A stretch of DNA of 55,717 nucleotides from a virus (Duplodnaviria > Caudoviricetes). The stretch's first letter is position 1; the number at the start of each line of letters is the position of its first letter. Where the stretch lies: IMG/VR virus record IMGVR_UViG_3300005611_000035, positions 1 to 55,717 of that record; one strand, given 5' to 3'. The notes under the pieces are model-generated. The model was not told the DNA's origin. It made no database searches and saw only the letters and a list, made by a program, of their open reading frames with translations. Position numbers and translations under genes: made by a program. Of the stretch, positions 37,150 to 46,417 are shown in pieces.

Positions 37150-38364
37150 TTAGGTAGAACCACTTGGGTTAGAATTATTTTGCTCATCTTCAGCAGTGTT
37201 TGTAGAATAGGATTTACCTTTATATTCAAAAGTACCACCTGCACCTTGTTCAGCACGTGCTGCTGCAAAGGCTTCACCAAAACTCTGGGAGCCTGAGCCA
37301 CTAGAATCAGATTGAGTACCGTTACCAGAACTAGAGCCAGGCCTTGACCTTGGTCTTGGTGATTCATCTGGTGTAGTGTCGTCTGTTGTGTAAGACCCTG
37401 TATCTGGGTTATATGTATAACCCCTTGGAGCGGCATCTTCCATAGCTTTAATATCAGCAGGATCAGTAGGAACAATAAACTTAGAACCCGTATCACTTGG
37501 CTCTGTATCGACTCTTGATTTTCTACTATCTAATTCTGCTTGGTACATTTCTATTTGTTTTTGCGTGTTAGTTGTTCCTGCCAACATATTTATGCCAGCA
37601 ATAATTGGTATGCTATCTATAAACGAAGAAATCTTGCCTTCTGTTGTCGATTTATCTTTAAGCCCTTGAATCCTACCTTCCAATTCTTCAATAGACAAAT
37701 TGCTATAATCTGGAGGTTTTCTTTCTGGTGGGTCTTTATCATCTCTATCTCTAGAAGAATCATCAACTTTTTTTGCCTCTGGTTTAGTTTGTGTTCCTTC
37801 TGGGGCATAACCTGGCGGTATCATAGCCATAGGCTGTCCATTAAAAAACGGGATAGTAATTTTCATACCTTGATCATTTACGTACACACGATACTCTAGG
37901 CCACCAACAAAGTCAGGACCACTAGGTCTGAACTGTGTTATATCAGGTTGCTTGATATATTCAGGGAAGTTTAGACCTCCTGCTTGGAAACCCATAAGAC
38001 CTCCTTGAGCAGCCCCTGTTTGAGTTCGTGATAAGTCTTGCAGCATCATAGCCGCAACCTCTTCATCCGAGATACCACTATCGCCTTCTACTTCAACAGG
38101 CTCCCCACCGATACGACCATTAGCTTCCATTTCAGACATACCAATCTTGGCCTGTTCACGTAGATCCTCAAAGAACTTCATGCCATAGTAACGTAGAACA
38201 TCAGCAGGGACAACATATTCACCTTCACTTAACATTGCAGGTATGTCATCACGTACTTCTTCTGGTAGAGAACCTGGCGGTACTTCATTGCCTGACACAG
38301 GGTCTACTTGATTGCGCCGTGTCTTAAATACTATTTCTGTTTGATCGTCTTCATTTAATGCCAT
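37150..38364 (-). CDS. Head-module protein with a DDIPAMLSEGEYVV domain (candidate maturation protease)
   Basis: Lies between portal and scaffold; low-complexity C-terminus. Confidence 0.6.
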   Translation of the reverse strand: MALNEDDQTEIVFKTRRNQVDPVSGNEVPPGSLPEEVRDDIPAMLSEGEYVVPADVLRYYGMKFFEDLREQAKIGMSEMEANGRIGGEPVEVEGDSGISDEEVAAMMLQDLSRTQTGAAQGGLMGFQAGGLNFPEYIKQPDITQFRPSGPDFVGGLEYRVYVNDQGMKITIPFFNGQPMAMIPPGYAPEGTQTKPEAKKVDDSSRDRDDKDPPERKPPDYSNLSIEELEGRIQGLKDKSTTEGKISSFIDSIPIIAGINMLAGTTNTQKQIEMYQAELDSRKSRVDTEPSDTGSKFIVPTDPADIKAMEDAAPRGYTYNPDTGSYTTDDTTPDESPRPRSRPGSSSGNGTQSDSSGSGSQSFGEAFAAARAEQGAGGTFEYKGKSYSTNTAEDEQNNSNPSGST

Positions 38365-38545
38365 TAACTTTGTCCCTTAAATACATGAGTCTACGTAAAG
38401 CACGTATACCTCCCTGTGTTTGGTATATATCATTTACATTCTCAGACTGTTCCAAGCGTTTGTGTAATTCTGCTATTTGATTATTAATCTCTTCACAGAA
38501 TGCGTCCCATTCTTGTTTATTATTTACGAAAGACTTAAGCGACAT
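38351..38545 (-). CDS. Small head-module protein
   Basis: 64 aa, QGGIRALRRL..LRD; overlaps the portal stop. Confidence 0.7.
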   Translation of the reverse strand: MSLKSFVNNKQEWDAFCEEINNQIAELHKRLEQSENVNDIYQTQGGIRALRRLMYLRDKVNGIK

Positions 38546-40670
38546 TACCTGAGAATCCTTGTTCTCCTGGTGCTGGTGCTACTCCTGTACCTATAGTTCC
38601 GCCACCTGCTCCTGTCTGATCTTGTGCTACCGCACCTGCTGGTAATGCTGCACCTTCTTGTCCTACTGGCGCTGGGCCACCCGCAGCTTCAGGCGGTGGT
38701 GGAGCAGGTTGTTGGAACCCTTTAAGAATCTCAGCTTGGATAGCTGCATCCTGCATAGAGTTAGTAACTTTATTAGGATCAAGGTCCATGCTCTTAGCGA
38801 TCTCACGAATGATGTAATCCATCTTAGCAAAGGGTGCTAGTGCTGGGTTCTGTACTACACCCAAGAATTGCATTAGGCGCTGGGAGCGTACTTCGTTAGC
38901 CATCAAGCTCTCAGTACCGTTAGCCATAACCTCTAGGTCACCCTTGATGTCTTCATCATAGTCAAACTGCATGTTAAATGCGAAGAATGCACGACCCATA
39001 GGTGCTAATAGATAGTCATCTACATTTTTAACAACAGATCGTATAGAGCCATTAGCTGCAGACATAAGCATACTAATACCAGAAGCAGTCCTTCCCACTC
39101 CCGATACACCCGTCTGACCGTGTGCAAACGATGGAAAACCCGTGGATTCATCAGCTAATACCCTTGCTTTATCAAATAGTTGCATATTCTCAGCAGCTAC
39201 ATTGGGGAACTTGGTACCAAAAATGGCCTGTCCTGGTGCGCCGCCTTGTCTACGGAAGACCTTGCCTGGGTACACAGATAAGTCTTGGCCTGGTACTAGG
39301 TTGGTTTCATCTATCTCAATCAGTAGATTACCAGATAATACAGCATTGTCAACAGCCATTCGCATGAAACCGTTCATCAATGTTTGTGTATCATCCATAT
39401 TCTCTGCAATACCTACACCAAAGAAGCTGTATGGGTTATGCTCGTATGGTACAGCATAATAAGGAATACGTGATGGCTTAAATGGATTTAGTACACAACG
39501 GATGATCTCACCGTTAACAATCCATATATTAGCATTTACTTCTGGTAGATCACGTAAGTCACGTGGTATGTTAATCCCATTCTCTTCTAGTAAATCTGTA
39601 TCAACAAAGCCCCAGAACTCTAACACCTCCCAGCGCTCACTGTCAGAAGGACGTGTATCATCATCCTCCATCTTCATTTCCCAGTGCTTACGCACATAGT
39701 CAGAACCTTTATCAATGGCTAGCTGAATTGAGTCATCAATAAAGTAAGGACGCCCACGTAGAGCACGTAGCTGATTACGGGACATCTTGTGACGCTCTAC
39801 TACATACTCTGCGTCATCCATGCTTGTAGATTCAGGATCAGGATAAAAGTTCCACACAGATACGTGATTAGTAGAAGGAACAGTCTTGATTAAAGGATCG
39901 TAGTCACCCTCTTCATTCCAGTTAGGATACTCTTTATCTACAGCAAACGGACCCTTCATAACACCCGTGCCTAGCAATGCCATCTCAAATGCCATGCTAC
40001 GTAAATGCTTTGATGCTCCGCTTTCATTTAGTTGATCGTGTATTTTCTTTTCCATCTTCTTAGCTGCTACCATAGCAGGATGGAAGGTAACGCTTGTAGG
40101 TGTAGTGCCATCACCCTCAATAATCTTGTCGCTTACAGGGGTTAGCTTTCTTTCAAGGCCACCCAAGCGCTTCATAAGAGAAGTACGTGTTTCACCAGGT
40201 TGTAGCTTTGTATCAGGACCAATCAAGTAAGGCTTAGGTAATTCTGCGCCAAAGGCTTCTGCTAGTGCTCCTTGCGCTGGGCCAGCATTAGGATCAACGT
40301 TAATGTGTACGGATTCTGCTACACCATCAGGTAAAACAGAAGGTTCTACAGATAAAGGAAACTTGTTGTTTCCAAAGAGTACATCTACAATCTGCCCATA
40401 CGCTGCAAGAGTTTTTGTCTTAGTAACCTTGACAAACATCTTAGATTTTTCACTAGACGTAAACTGTACCTCTGGACCATATATGCCACGGTAGTTTCGA
40501 TAAGAGCGTAGCCAGCGTTCCTCATCACCTAGTCGCGCATCCTCTGCACGTTTAAAGCGATCATTTACGAATGTTACAATGCCGTTCAAGCTAGCAAACA
40601 TATTGTCTTCACTAGATTCTGCAGCTACTACTTCGTCTGTCTCAAAGGAAAGATCGTCTATTTCTGCCAT
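38535..40670 (-). CDS. Portal protein
   Basis: 711 aa, GTGVMKGP, FYPDP, GRTASGISML; downstream of TerL. Confidence 0.9.
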   Translation of the reverse strand: MAEIDDLSFETDEVVAAESSEDNMFASLNGIVTFVNDRFKRAEDARLGDEERWLRSYRNYRGIYGPEVQFTSSEKSKMFVKVTKTKTLAAYGQIVDVLFGNNKFPLSVEPSVLPDGVAESVHINVDPNAGPAQGALAEAFGAELPKPYLIGPDTKLQPGETRTSLMKRLGGLERKLTPVSDKIIEGDGTTPTSVTFHPAMVAAKKMEKKIHDQLNESGASKHLRSMAFEMALLGTGVMKGPFAVDKEYPNWNEEGDYDPLIKTVPSTNHVSVWNFYPDPESTSMDDAEYVVERHKMSRNQLRALRGRPYFIDDSIQLAIDKGSDYVRKHWEMKMEDDDTRPSDSERWEVLEFWGFVDTDLLEENGINIPRDLRDLPEVNANIWIVNGEIIRCVLNPFKPSRIPYYAVPYEHNPYSFFGVGIAENMDDTQTLMNGFMRMAVDNAVLSGNLLIEIDETNLVPGQDLSVYPGKVFRRQGGAPGQAIFGTKFPNVAAENMQLFDKARVLADESTGFPSFAHGQTGVSGVGRTASGISMLMSAANGSIRSVVKNVDDYLLAPMGRAFFAFNMQFDYDEDIKGDLEVMANGTESLMANEVRSQRLMQFLGVVQNPALAPFAKMDYIIREIAKSMDLDPNKVTNSMQDAAIQAEILKGFQQPAPPPPEAAGGPAPVGQEGAALPAGAVAQDQTGAGGGTIGTGVAPAPGEQGFSGNVA

Positions 40671-41173
40671 TGCTTAGTATCCCAACTATTATGTTTATTA
40701 TGTTTAGCTAGATTCATGCTTGCTGGCAGAATAGCTAAGTTCCACGGAACATGAAGTCCACATACATCTACACCTTGTAAGGGTATTATATGATCCACGT
40801 GGTGTGCTTTTCCTGTACGTTCTGTTATTTTAGCACAGGCTTTGTATATCGTATTTATATCATTTAACTGTTTCTCAGTCAACCAAGAAGGTGTAGCTTT
40901 TAGTTTAGCGGCTCTGCGTAAGTTAATACTAGAGTTGTATTGGCCTTTATTCTCTAAGTAATGCTTCCTTCTATATGCTTGCCTGTACTCTTTATTATTA
41001 GCGTACCAATCTGAAGCCCTTTTAATAGCTGCTTCTTTATTGTTAGTGTAATGAGACTTGCTTTTGTTAGCACTACAGACCTTGCAATAAGAAGTATGTC
41101 CATCCTTTTTAGACTTGTCTTTATAGAACAAATCTAAAGACTTAGAGTTATTACACTTAATACATTTCTTCAT
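40658..41173 (-). CDS. HNH homing endonuclease between terL and portal
   Basis: CIKC..CKVC, ATPSWL, HVDHIIPLQG..CGLHVPWNL. Confidence 0.88.
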   Translation of the reverse strand: MKKCIKCNNSKSLDLFYKDKSKKDGHTSYCKVCSANKSKSHYTNNKEAAIKRASDWYANNKEYRQAYRRKHYLENKGQYNSSINLRRAAKLKATPSWLTEKQLNDINTIYKACAKITERTGKAHHVDHIIPLQGVDVCGLHVPWNLAILPASMNLAKHNKHNSWDTKQWQK

Positions 41174-41177
41174 TGTA

Positions 41178-42767
41178 TCAATAGCCAAAAGTTGAGTCTG
41201 ACATCTGAAAACCTGCATTCTGCTGAGTGGGCGAAAAGTCCCATATTGAGCTACGGGGTCTAGTCATTATACCATACCTTAATGCATCATATAAGTGGTC
41301 TTCTGCATTTGTGTCTACGTCTTCAGGGTTCTTCTTGTCTAAGGGTATTGAAGGTATCTGTGCTATAGTGTTAGTGCAGGTGGAAAAGAACACAAGGCGA
41401 GGCTCTTCAGTGAACTCATCCACCTGCAAACGGCGGTGTATCTCATTCTTACCTGCAACCCTTGACCCACGAGAGCGATCTGATGGACGCCATCTGCATC
41501 CCTTCATATTCATTTGCTCTGCTAGTGAAGGGCCAGTGTCACCTCTTTTATGCCAGAGGGAAGAGTCCAACACGCCGTACCTAATAGTTCCATCTTTATA
41601 TTCTGCTTCTAGTATCATATCAGCTAAATCTGTAGCCGTAACCTTAGAACAATATAACTCTCTGTAGACAACCAACTGCTCACTTGGTGTGACAGCGAAC
41701 CATAGTACTCCTGTATAGGAGCCGTAACCATAGTCGCAAGCTCTAAACTTAGGCCAGGAGTCAGGGATGTCGATAGGCTCAACAACGTGTATACTTCTGT
41801 TAAATTCAGGGAAAGCTGCTCCTTCGTTAATATCCCAGTTACCCTCTAGTAGTTGCTTGCGCTGGTGCTCTGGAAGCGAGAGTAGCATTGCTTCGTAGTC
41901 ACCAGTGTCTGCTAGATAAGGGTTGTCAAACAGACTAGCAGGAATAAACCTACGTTTAAATAGGGGTTGCCCTTCACGACTATGACCAACAGGAAACCTA
42001 ATAGTCTCACCTGTTTCTATGTTTGTAGCCCAAAAGGATTTACCTGAAGGCGCTGGGTCAATAAACATTTTTTTAACCCACTGGTGCCCATTTCCCCCGG
42101 GATTGGTTGTAGCCCTCATGTACAAGCCTAGCTCTGTTGATGCAGACCTCAAGCGGCTTCGCATGTAGTCCCACGCATAGGGGCTAGGCCACTGCGTAAG
42201 CTCGTCAAAGCCTATCCAATTAAACGCTTGACCTTGGTAGCGAGTGACGTCCATGTCTTTGTCGAGATAGGACATCCATAGTCTGCCCCCTCTGGGTGAT
42301 ACCCATTGAGACTTTCGTTCAGACCATTTGATATTGGGTATAGCCTTGGGATAAAGCTCTTGCGATTTTTGAATAAGTTCACGTAGTTCTTCCGTTGTAT
42401 GTCGTACAAGTAGACCACTAAAGTTAGGGTCATTTAAACCGTGGAGTGGGTCAGCTAACATGGCATATGACTTACCGCCACCTGCTGCCCCTCCATAAAG
42501 TACTTCCCTTTCAGATGCGCTTAGGAAGTCTGTCTGTGGACCTGGGTTAGGCTTAAACACTACTTCTTGTGCAGTGTCAACATCAAACTCAGGTGCTTTT
42601 ACTTCAGCAGGAATACGCTCTACAAGTATAGGCTCACTCTTCTGGGGGTATGATTCTGTATGCGCCGATACTTTCTTCTTCGAGCTTCTTGATTTCCTGT
42701 AACGTCTTTTCGAGCCTCCTGGCAAGCTTGCGTTTAATTGAAGCTGCTTTCTTACGTCTTCGCTCAA
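41178..42767 (-). CDS. terL: Terminase large subunit (start uncertain)
   Basis: YGGAAGGGKS Walker A, FDELTQ, ATTNPGG, DYGY, DHLYDALRY. Confidence 0.93.
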   Translation of the reverse strand: MSEDVRKQLQLNASLPGGSKRRYRKSRSSKKKVSAHTESYPQKSEPILVERIPAEVKAPEFDVDTAQEVVFKPNPGPQTDFLSASEREVLYGGAAGGGKSYAMLADPLHGLNDPNFSGLLVRHTTEELRELIQKSQELYPKAIPNIKWSERKSQWVSPRGGRLWMSYLDKDMDVTRYQGQAFNWIGFDELTQWPSPYAWDYMRSRLRSASTELGLYMRATTNPGGNGHQWVKKMFIDPAPSGKSFWATNIETGETIRFPVGHSREGQPLFKRRFIPASLFDNPYLADTGDYEAMLLSLPEHQRKQLLEGNWDINEGAAFPEFNRSIHVVEPIDIPDSWPKFRACDYGYGSYTGVLWFAVTPSEQLVVYRELYCSKVTATDLADMILEAEYKDGTIRYGVLDSSLWHKRGDTGPSLAEQMNMKGCRWRPSDRSRGSRVAGKNEIHRRLQVDEFTEEPRLVFFSTCTNTIAQIPSIPLDKKNPEDVDTNAEDHLYDALRYGIMTRPRSSIWDFSPTQQNAGFQMSDSTFGY

Positions 42768-43047
42768 TGTCTACCCTTTGCTTTAAACCCGTTGTTGAGA
42801 TATAACGGCCTGTCTGTTTAGTTAACCATATAGCAACTTCTTTGTAACTATACTGTTTTATGTGCCGCTTTGCAAGTTCTAATGCTTCTAACTCATGTGC
42901 TATTGGGTCTAATAGTCCTTCATTCTCAGGGTGTACTCTGTAGCCAAATGGCACGGTGCTTGTTGATCTCGCTATTACGTGCCACTCTCTCTCCTCACCT
43001 TTGTGTGGTTTGGGTAGCTCCCAATACCCCAAAGATTCACGGTTCAT
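42634..43047 (-). CDS. Putative DNA-binding protein between terS and terL
   Basis: VPFGY.. followed by an HTH-like SYKEVAIWL..TGRYIS. Confidence 0.65.
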   Translation of the reverse strand: MNRESLGYWELPKPHKGEEREWHVIARSTSTVPFGYRVHPENEGLLDPIAHELEALELAKRHIKQYSYKEVAIWLTKQTGRYISTTGLKQRVDIERRRKKAASIKRKLARRLEKTLQEIKKLEEESIGAYRIIPPEE

Positions 43048-43051
43048 TTAA

Positions 43052-43423
43052 TTACTCGTTTTTACCTTCCTTTGATGGCAGTATAAATACGCCACCACTA
43101 CTCGACCCCACATCGATCTTATCAACTTTACCAAGCCCTGCACGATCAAGTAAATCTTTTGCTGCCGCCATCTTATCACGTATACCTAGTTCAGTAGGAT
43201 CGTACAAAGCATTAGTCATAGCCATTGCAGCTTTAGGTGCTGTACGCGCAAACCATGTACGTGTTTTATCCGCTATTTCATCCTTAAGAGATTCAACAAT
43301 ACTTGTAGTAGATGAACCCTCACCATACCCTGCAAGTTTCTTAGCTGCGACAACATCTCCGTTGGCCTCATCAAATAAGACCTCTAAAAACTTTTGTTGC
43401 TTTTCTGTTAACTGTCTTGCCAT
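43052..43423 (-). CDS. terS: Terminase small subunit
   Basis: LTEKQQKF..A.KLAGY N-terminal HTH typical of TerS; AAKDLLDRAG. Confidence 0.75.
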   Translation of the reverse strand: MARQLTEKQQKFLEVLFDEANGDVVAAKKLAGYGEGSSTTSIVESLKDEIADKTRTWFARTAPKAAMAMTNALYDPTELGIRDKMAAAKDLLDRAGLGKVDKIDVGSSSGGVFILPSKEGKNE

Positions 43424-43881
43424 TACCTAGTTCCTAACCACACAAATCCAAACAAAGCGCCTGAACAAAGTATAAACAATATAATACCTAAAGTCCACTC
43501 TATTATTTTTTGTTTAATTTCCATTTGCCTGTGTTCGTGTTCTCTCTTCTGCTTACGTAAGTCTGCTTCTATCTCTAGTATTTCTTGCCACTTTGATGGG
43601 CCATACATAACCGATATGTAGTCTTTTAGCTCCTGCCTCATGGAAGCAGCCTTCTGTTTGGCTGCAAAGATTTCCATAGCTTGAGCCTGTACTCCACCAC
43701 CCAGTGCTTTGTACCACGGTGGCTTTTGGTTTTGGCGATCTGCAAACTCTAAGTCTGCTATTGCACCTGCCCACTTAGAAAGCTGACCGCCCATATCCTG
43801 CAGATCTTTGCCAACGGCTATGCCTTTTTTTAAAGCGTTGAAGGCAATAGTGGCCCCGCTAATTATAGTAAATGGGTCCAC
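43423..43881 (-). CDS. Membrane-anchored coiled-coil protein
   Basis: MDPFTII N-terminus, C-terminal transmembrane segment. Confidence 0.65.
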   Translation of the reverse strand: MDPFTIISGATIAFNALKKGIAVGKDLQDMGGQLSKWAGAIADLEFADRQNQKPPWYKALGGGVQAQAMEIFAAKQKAASMRQELKDYISVMYGPSKWQEILEIEADLRKQKREHEHRQMEIKQKIIEWTLGIILFILCSGALFGFVWLGTR

Positions 43882-43902
43882 AAGCCTCTCCCTCTTGCTA
43901 GA

Positions 43903-44115
43903 CTATTCTTCGTTTACAACTCTACGTATGTCGCCACGGTTAATCCCTATGTCTCTCAGATCTCTGTCTGACATAGCGTATAGTTGCATCATGGCAATAC
44001 GCCGATTCGCTTCCTTCTGCCTTGCTTCAATTAAAGCTTTAAACACTTCAACCAACCAAGTCTTAAAATTAACGGCCCACTTTGATGATTCAGAAATTAT
44101 TAGTTCCATGTCCAT
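43903..44115 (-). CDS. DUF1127 (YjiS-like) small protein
   Basis: R..QLYAMSDRDLRDIGINRGDI signature. Confidence 0.85.
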   Translation of the reverse strand: MDMELIISESSKWAVNFKTWLVEVFKALIEARQKEANRRIAMMQLYAMSDRDLRDIGINRGDIRRVVNEE

Positions 44116-44157
44116 TCTCCTTGTTGTTAGGACGCTAGCTCTGCTAGCATTATGAAC

Positions 44158-44188
44158 ATAGTTATACTAAAATACTGGGCCTTTTGAA
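44158..44188 (-). promoter_or_regulatory. Promoter of the DUF1127 gene, TTCAAA-N16-TATAACTAT
   Basis: Degenerate -35 with the same spacing and -10 as the other promoters. Confidence 0.55.
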
Positions 44189-44208
44189 TTGCTATATTGG
44201 AATACCCG

Positions 44209-44574
44209 TTATGAAATTCTAACGGGATTATAATGCTCTTCTACAGATATTGTGACACCCATAGTACCGCCACCATTAAATACAGTTATCCTGTCACCTG
44301 AATGTAAGTGCAACCTATCAGATGTAATCATATTGTAAACATCATTACCTGAAATAGATTTGTTATTAACTATAGTATAGTATGCGTTATCTTCTTTATG
44401 ATACCACTGAATAGAAACATTATCTGTAGATGAACCCCCGTTACTTACATGAAGAAAGGTAATTATAGCATCATAGTTATTAGGGCAGGTGTATAAAGTT
44501 TGACTACTTGCCCCACCTGCAGTAGCTGTAACAGCAACACTTTCAGTTGCTGTGTTATAAGTTAAAGCTACCAT
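44209..44574 (-). CDS. Hypothetical beta-rich virion protein
   Basis: LYTCP..LHVSN..LHSGD. Confidence 0.6.
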   Translation of the reverse strand: MVALTYNTATESVAVTATAGGASSQTLYTCPNNYDAIITFLHVSNGGSSTDNVSIQWYHKEDNAYYTIVNNKSISGNDVYNMITSDRLHLHSGDRITVFNGGGTMGVTISVEEHYNPVRIS

Positions 44575-44575
44575 A

Positions 44576-44932
44576 TTATTTTTTCTTTAACGTTTTTTTA
44601 ACGGTCTTAACTACCCAAGCCTCATTTACATCAGGTGTATCGGGATCATCAGCGATGAAATGTCCATTTTTGTCACGTGCTCGTACCATTTCCAGAGTTT
44701 CTTCATATTCAGGTTCCTCCTTCTTGGCTTTCTTAGCACTTGGCTTTTTAGGCGCTGCTTCTACTTCTTGACAGATCCTAGTTACGTTAGGGTCTTTACA
44801 CTGTACGTTACCATAGGCATCTTCTGCCGCTGATTGATTACCAAAAGAATCCCTAACACAACCAGCTTCATCTACTGTGTAACCGTGTGCTTCTAGTGCT
44901 TCTTGGTATTTATGATAAAACTTGTTTGACAT
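44576..44932 (-). CDS. Hypothetical protein with RARDKNGHFIADDPDTPDVNEAW motif
   Basis: ORF coupled to its neighbours. Confidence 0.65.
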   Translation of the reverse strand: MSNKFYHKYQEALEAHGYTVDEAGCVRDSFGNQSAAEDAYGNVQCKDPNVTRICQEVEAAPKKPSAKKAKKEEPEYEETLEMVRARDKNGHFIADDPDTPDVNEAWVVKTVKKTLKKK

Positions 44933-45234
44933 TAACTGCTCTTCTTCTTTTTCAGAGGGCGCTCTGCTGGGTTAGACGCACCACAAGCTAGACCACCATG
45001 TCCGTAGCCCATACGCTTTTTAGCCATGCCGCCACCCATCATGCCCATCTTCTTCTTTTTAGCCATACCACCATAGCCGTAGCCCATCTTCTTAGCTACT
45101 TCTGGTGCTTCTTTCTTTAATGCTTTCATTCCTTCGTTCATCATTCCACCTTTGTTCATGTTGTTGTGATAACCTGTGTAGTTGCAATGAGAGCAACCCT
45201 TTCCTTTACACTTAGGACACTTAGTCTTAGCCAT
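44932..45234 (-). CDS. Small basic Gly/Met/Lys-rich protein
   Basis: CPKCKGKGCSHC and repeated xxxGGMAKK. Confidence 0.65.
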   Translation of the reverse strand: MAKTKCPKCKGKGCSHCNYTGYHNNMNKGGMMNEGMKALKKEAPEVAKKMGYGYGGMAKKKKMGMMGGGMAKKRMGYGHGGLACGASNPAERPLKKKKSS

Positions 45235-45246
45235 ATTACCGATCCT

Positions 45247-45474
45247 CTAAGCTACTACAAAGTCTACATGCTCACCCTGTCTCTGAGGGTATATCTTATT
45301 CATGTTATGCGGGTGATACGTATATGCATCCGTATATTTATATTTTTCTACTTTTTTATCTATGGCTTTAGCAGATTCCTCTACACGCCTAGTAGCCTCA
45401 TTTTGTTGAGGCACCTTATCGAAAGGCATTTGAGGTAACGGCAAGTAGCCTAACAAACCTAAGTTTACATCCAT
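45247..45474 (-). CDS. Hypothetical protein
   Basis: ORF track; operon context. Confidence 0.55.
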   Translation of the reverse strand: MDVNLGLLGYLPLPQMPFDKVPQQNEATRRVEESAKAIDKKVEKYKYTDAYTYHPHNMNKIYPQRQGEHVDFVVA

Positions 45475-45656
45475 ACGTTTAACATTGCAACTACAAAAGA
45501 AGCCATTGCACCAAACAATACAATACCAGGAAAGTATTCATATACCCACTTAGCTGACTTCATAGTAATCTCTCTCCAGTTCTGTCTTTTTACCCAGCGC
45601 CCCATGTCCCACAACAAACTAGCTAACGTATATGCTGAACCTATTATGTTCCACAT
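45465..45656 (-). CDS. Small membrane protein
   Basis: ORF track; hydrophobic C-terminus. Confidence 0.5.
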   Translation of the reverse strand: MWNIIGSAYTLASLLWDMGRWVKRQNWREITMKSAKWVYEYFPGIVLFGAMASFVVAMLNVWM

Positions 45657-45661
45657 GAAAG

Positions 45662-45847
45662 TTACAAACGTTTAGTTATTGATGTAGGTATGTCTATAAT
45701 AGTGTAGCCCTCTTTGTCTTTGTACACTTCAGGCTTAGGTTTCTTTTTCTTAATGTACTTCTTATCTACTGGCACATCCCCTAGCTTTCTAGGTAAAAGA
45801 TGTTGGAAGTTTCTAGTGTTAGAACCCATTATGTTCTTGTACTTCAT
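45662..45847 (-). CDS. Small basic protein
   Basis: ORF track; operon context. Confidence 0.5.
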   Translation of the reverse strand: MKYKNIMGSNTRNFQHLLPRKLGDVPVDKKYIKKKKPKPEVYKDKEGYTIIDIPTSITKRL

Positions 45848-45848
45848 T

Positions 45849-46130
45849 TTACTTCTTACCCTTCTTTACCACGCCACCCCTAGCGGCTCTAAACTTAGCG
45901 GTCTTCTTTGCGATGCCTTTAGGTTGAGCCACATGCTGCTTACCTGCCTTCGTGCCTTTTCGTTTAGCTCTGGTTGTAGCGGCATACTCACTGCTGCTAA
46001 GAGACTTAATAGCCTTAGCAGGTAAGTAACGCTCACCAGTAGCATCACTGCCTTGCGTAGAGGGTTTACCACTCTTAGTACGCCAATCTTGTTTAGTCCA
46101 TGCCTTGAGAGACTTCTGGGGAGCCTTCAT
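45849..46130 (-). CDS. Small basic protein (DUF5872-like C-terminal half)
   Basis: QKSLKAWTKQDWRT..TGERYLP. Confidence 0.65.
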   Translation of the reverse strand: MKAPQKSLKAWTKQDWRTKSGKPSTQGSDATGERYLPAKAIKSLSSSEYAATTRAKRKGTKAGKQHVAQPKGIAKKTAKFRAARGGVVKKGKK

Positions 46131-46417
46131 GATGTGTAGCCCCCACCTTTAGCTTTATACTCTTTAGCTACCATCTGAGCTTTACGTGCTGACCACTGAC
46201 CAGGCTTACCACCCTTGTCACCTGCTTTATACTTTGCAACAAGCTTCTTACGCATAGTAGGCTTAGTGTAGTTACCTGCAGCGTTTACTGTGGAACCACC
46301 CTTACTGTAACCACTGGCATAAATAGCTCTACCTTGCTTTTCAGCAGCAGCCTTGGTCTTGTAGACTTTACCAGTCTTACCCCAGCGATAACCACCTTTT
46401 ACTTTTTGTACAGGCAT
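46127..46417 (-). CDS. Small basic protein (DUF5872-like N-terminal half)
   Basis: YTKPTMRK..KGGKPGQWSARKAQ..YKAKGGGY. Confidence 0.65.
   Translation of the reverse strand: MPVQKVKGGYRWGKTGKVYKTKAAAEKQGRAIYASGYSKGGSTVNAAGNYTKPTMRKKLVAKYKAGDKGGKPGQWSARKAQMVAKEYKAKGGGYTS

Noticed and set aside
37089-37496. 135-aa overlapping ORF on the minus strand
   Set aside because: Alternative frame over a low-complexity C-terminus, with no RBS or recognisable motif
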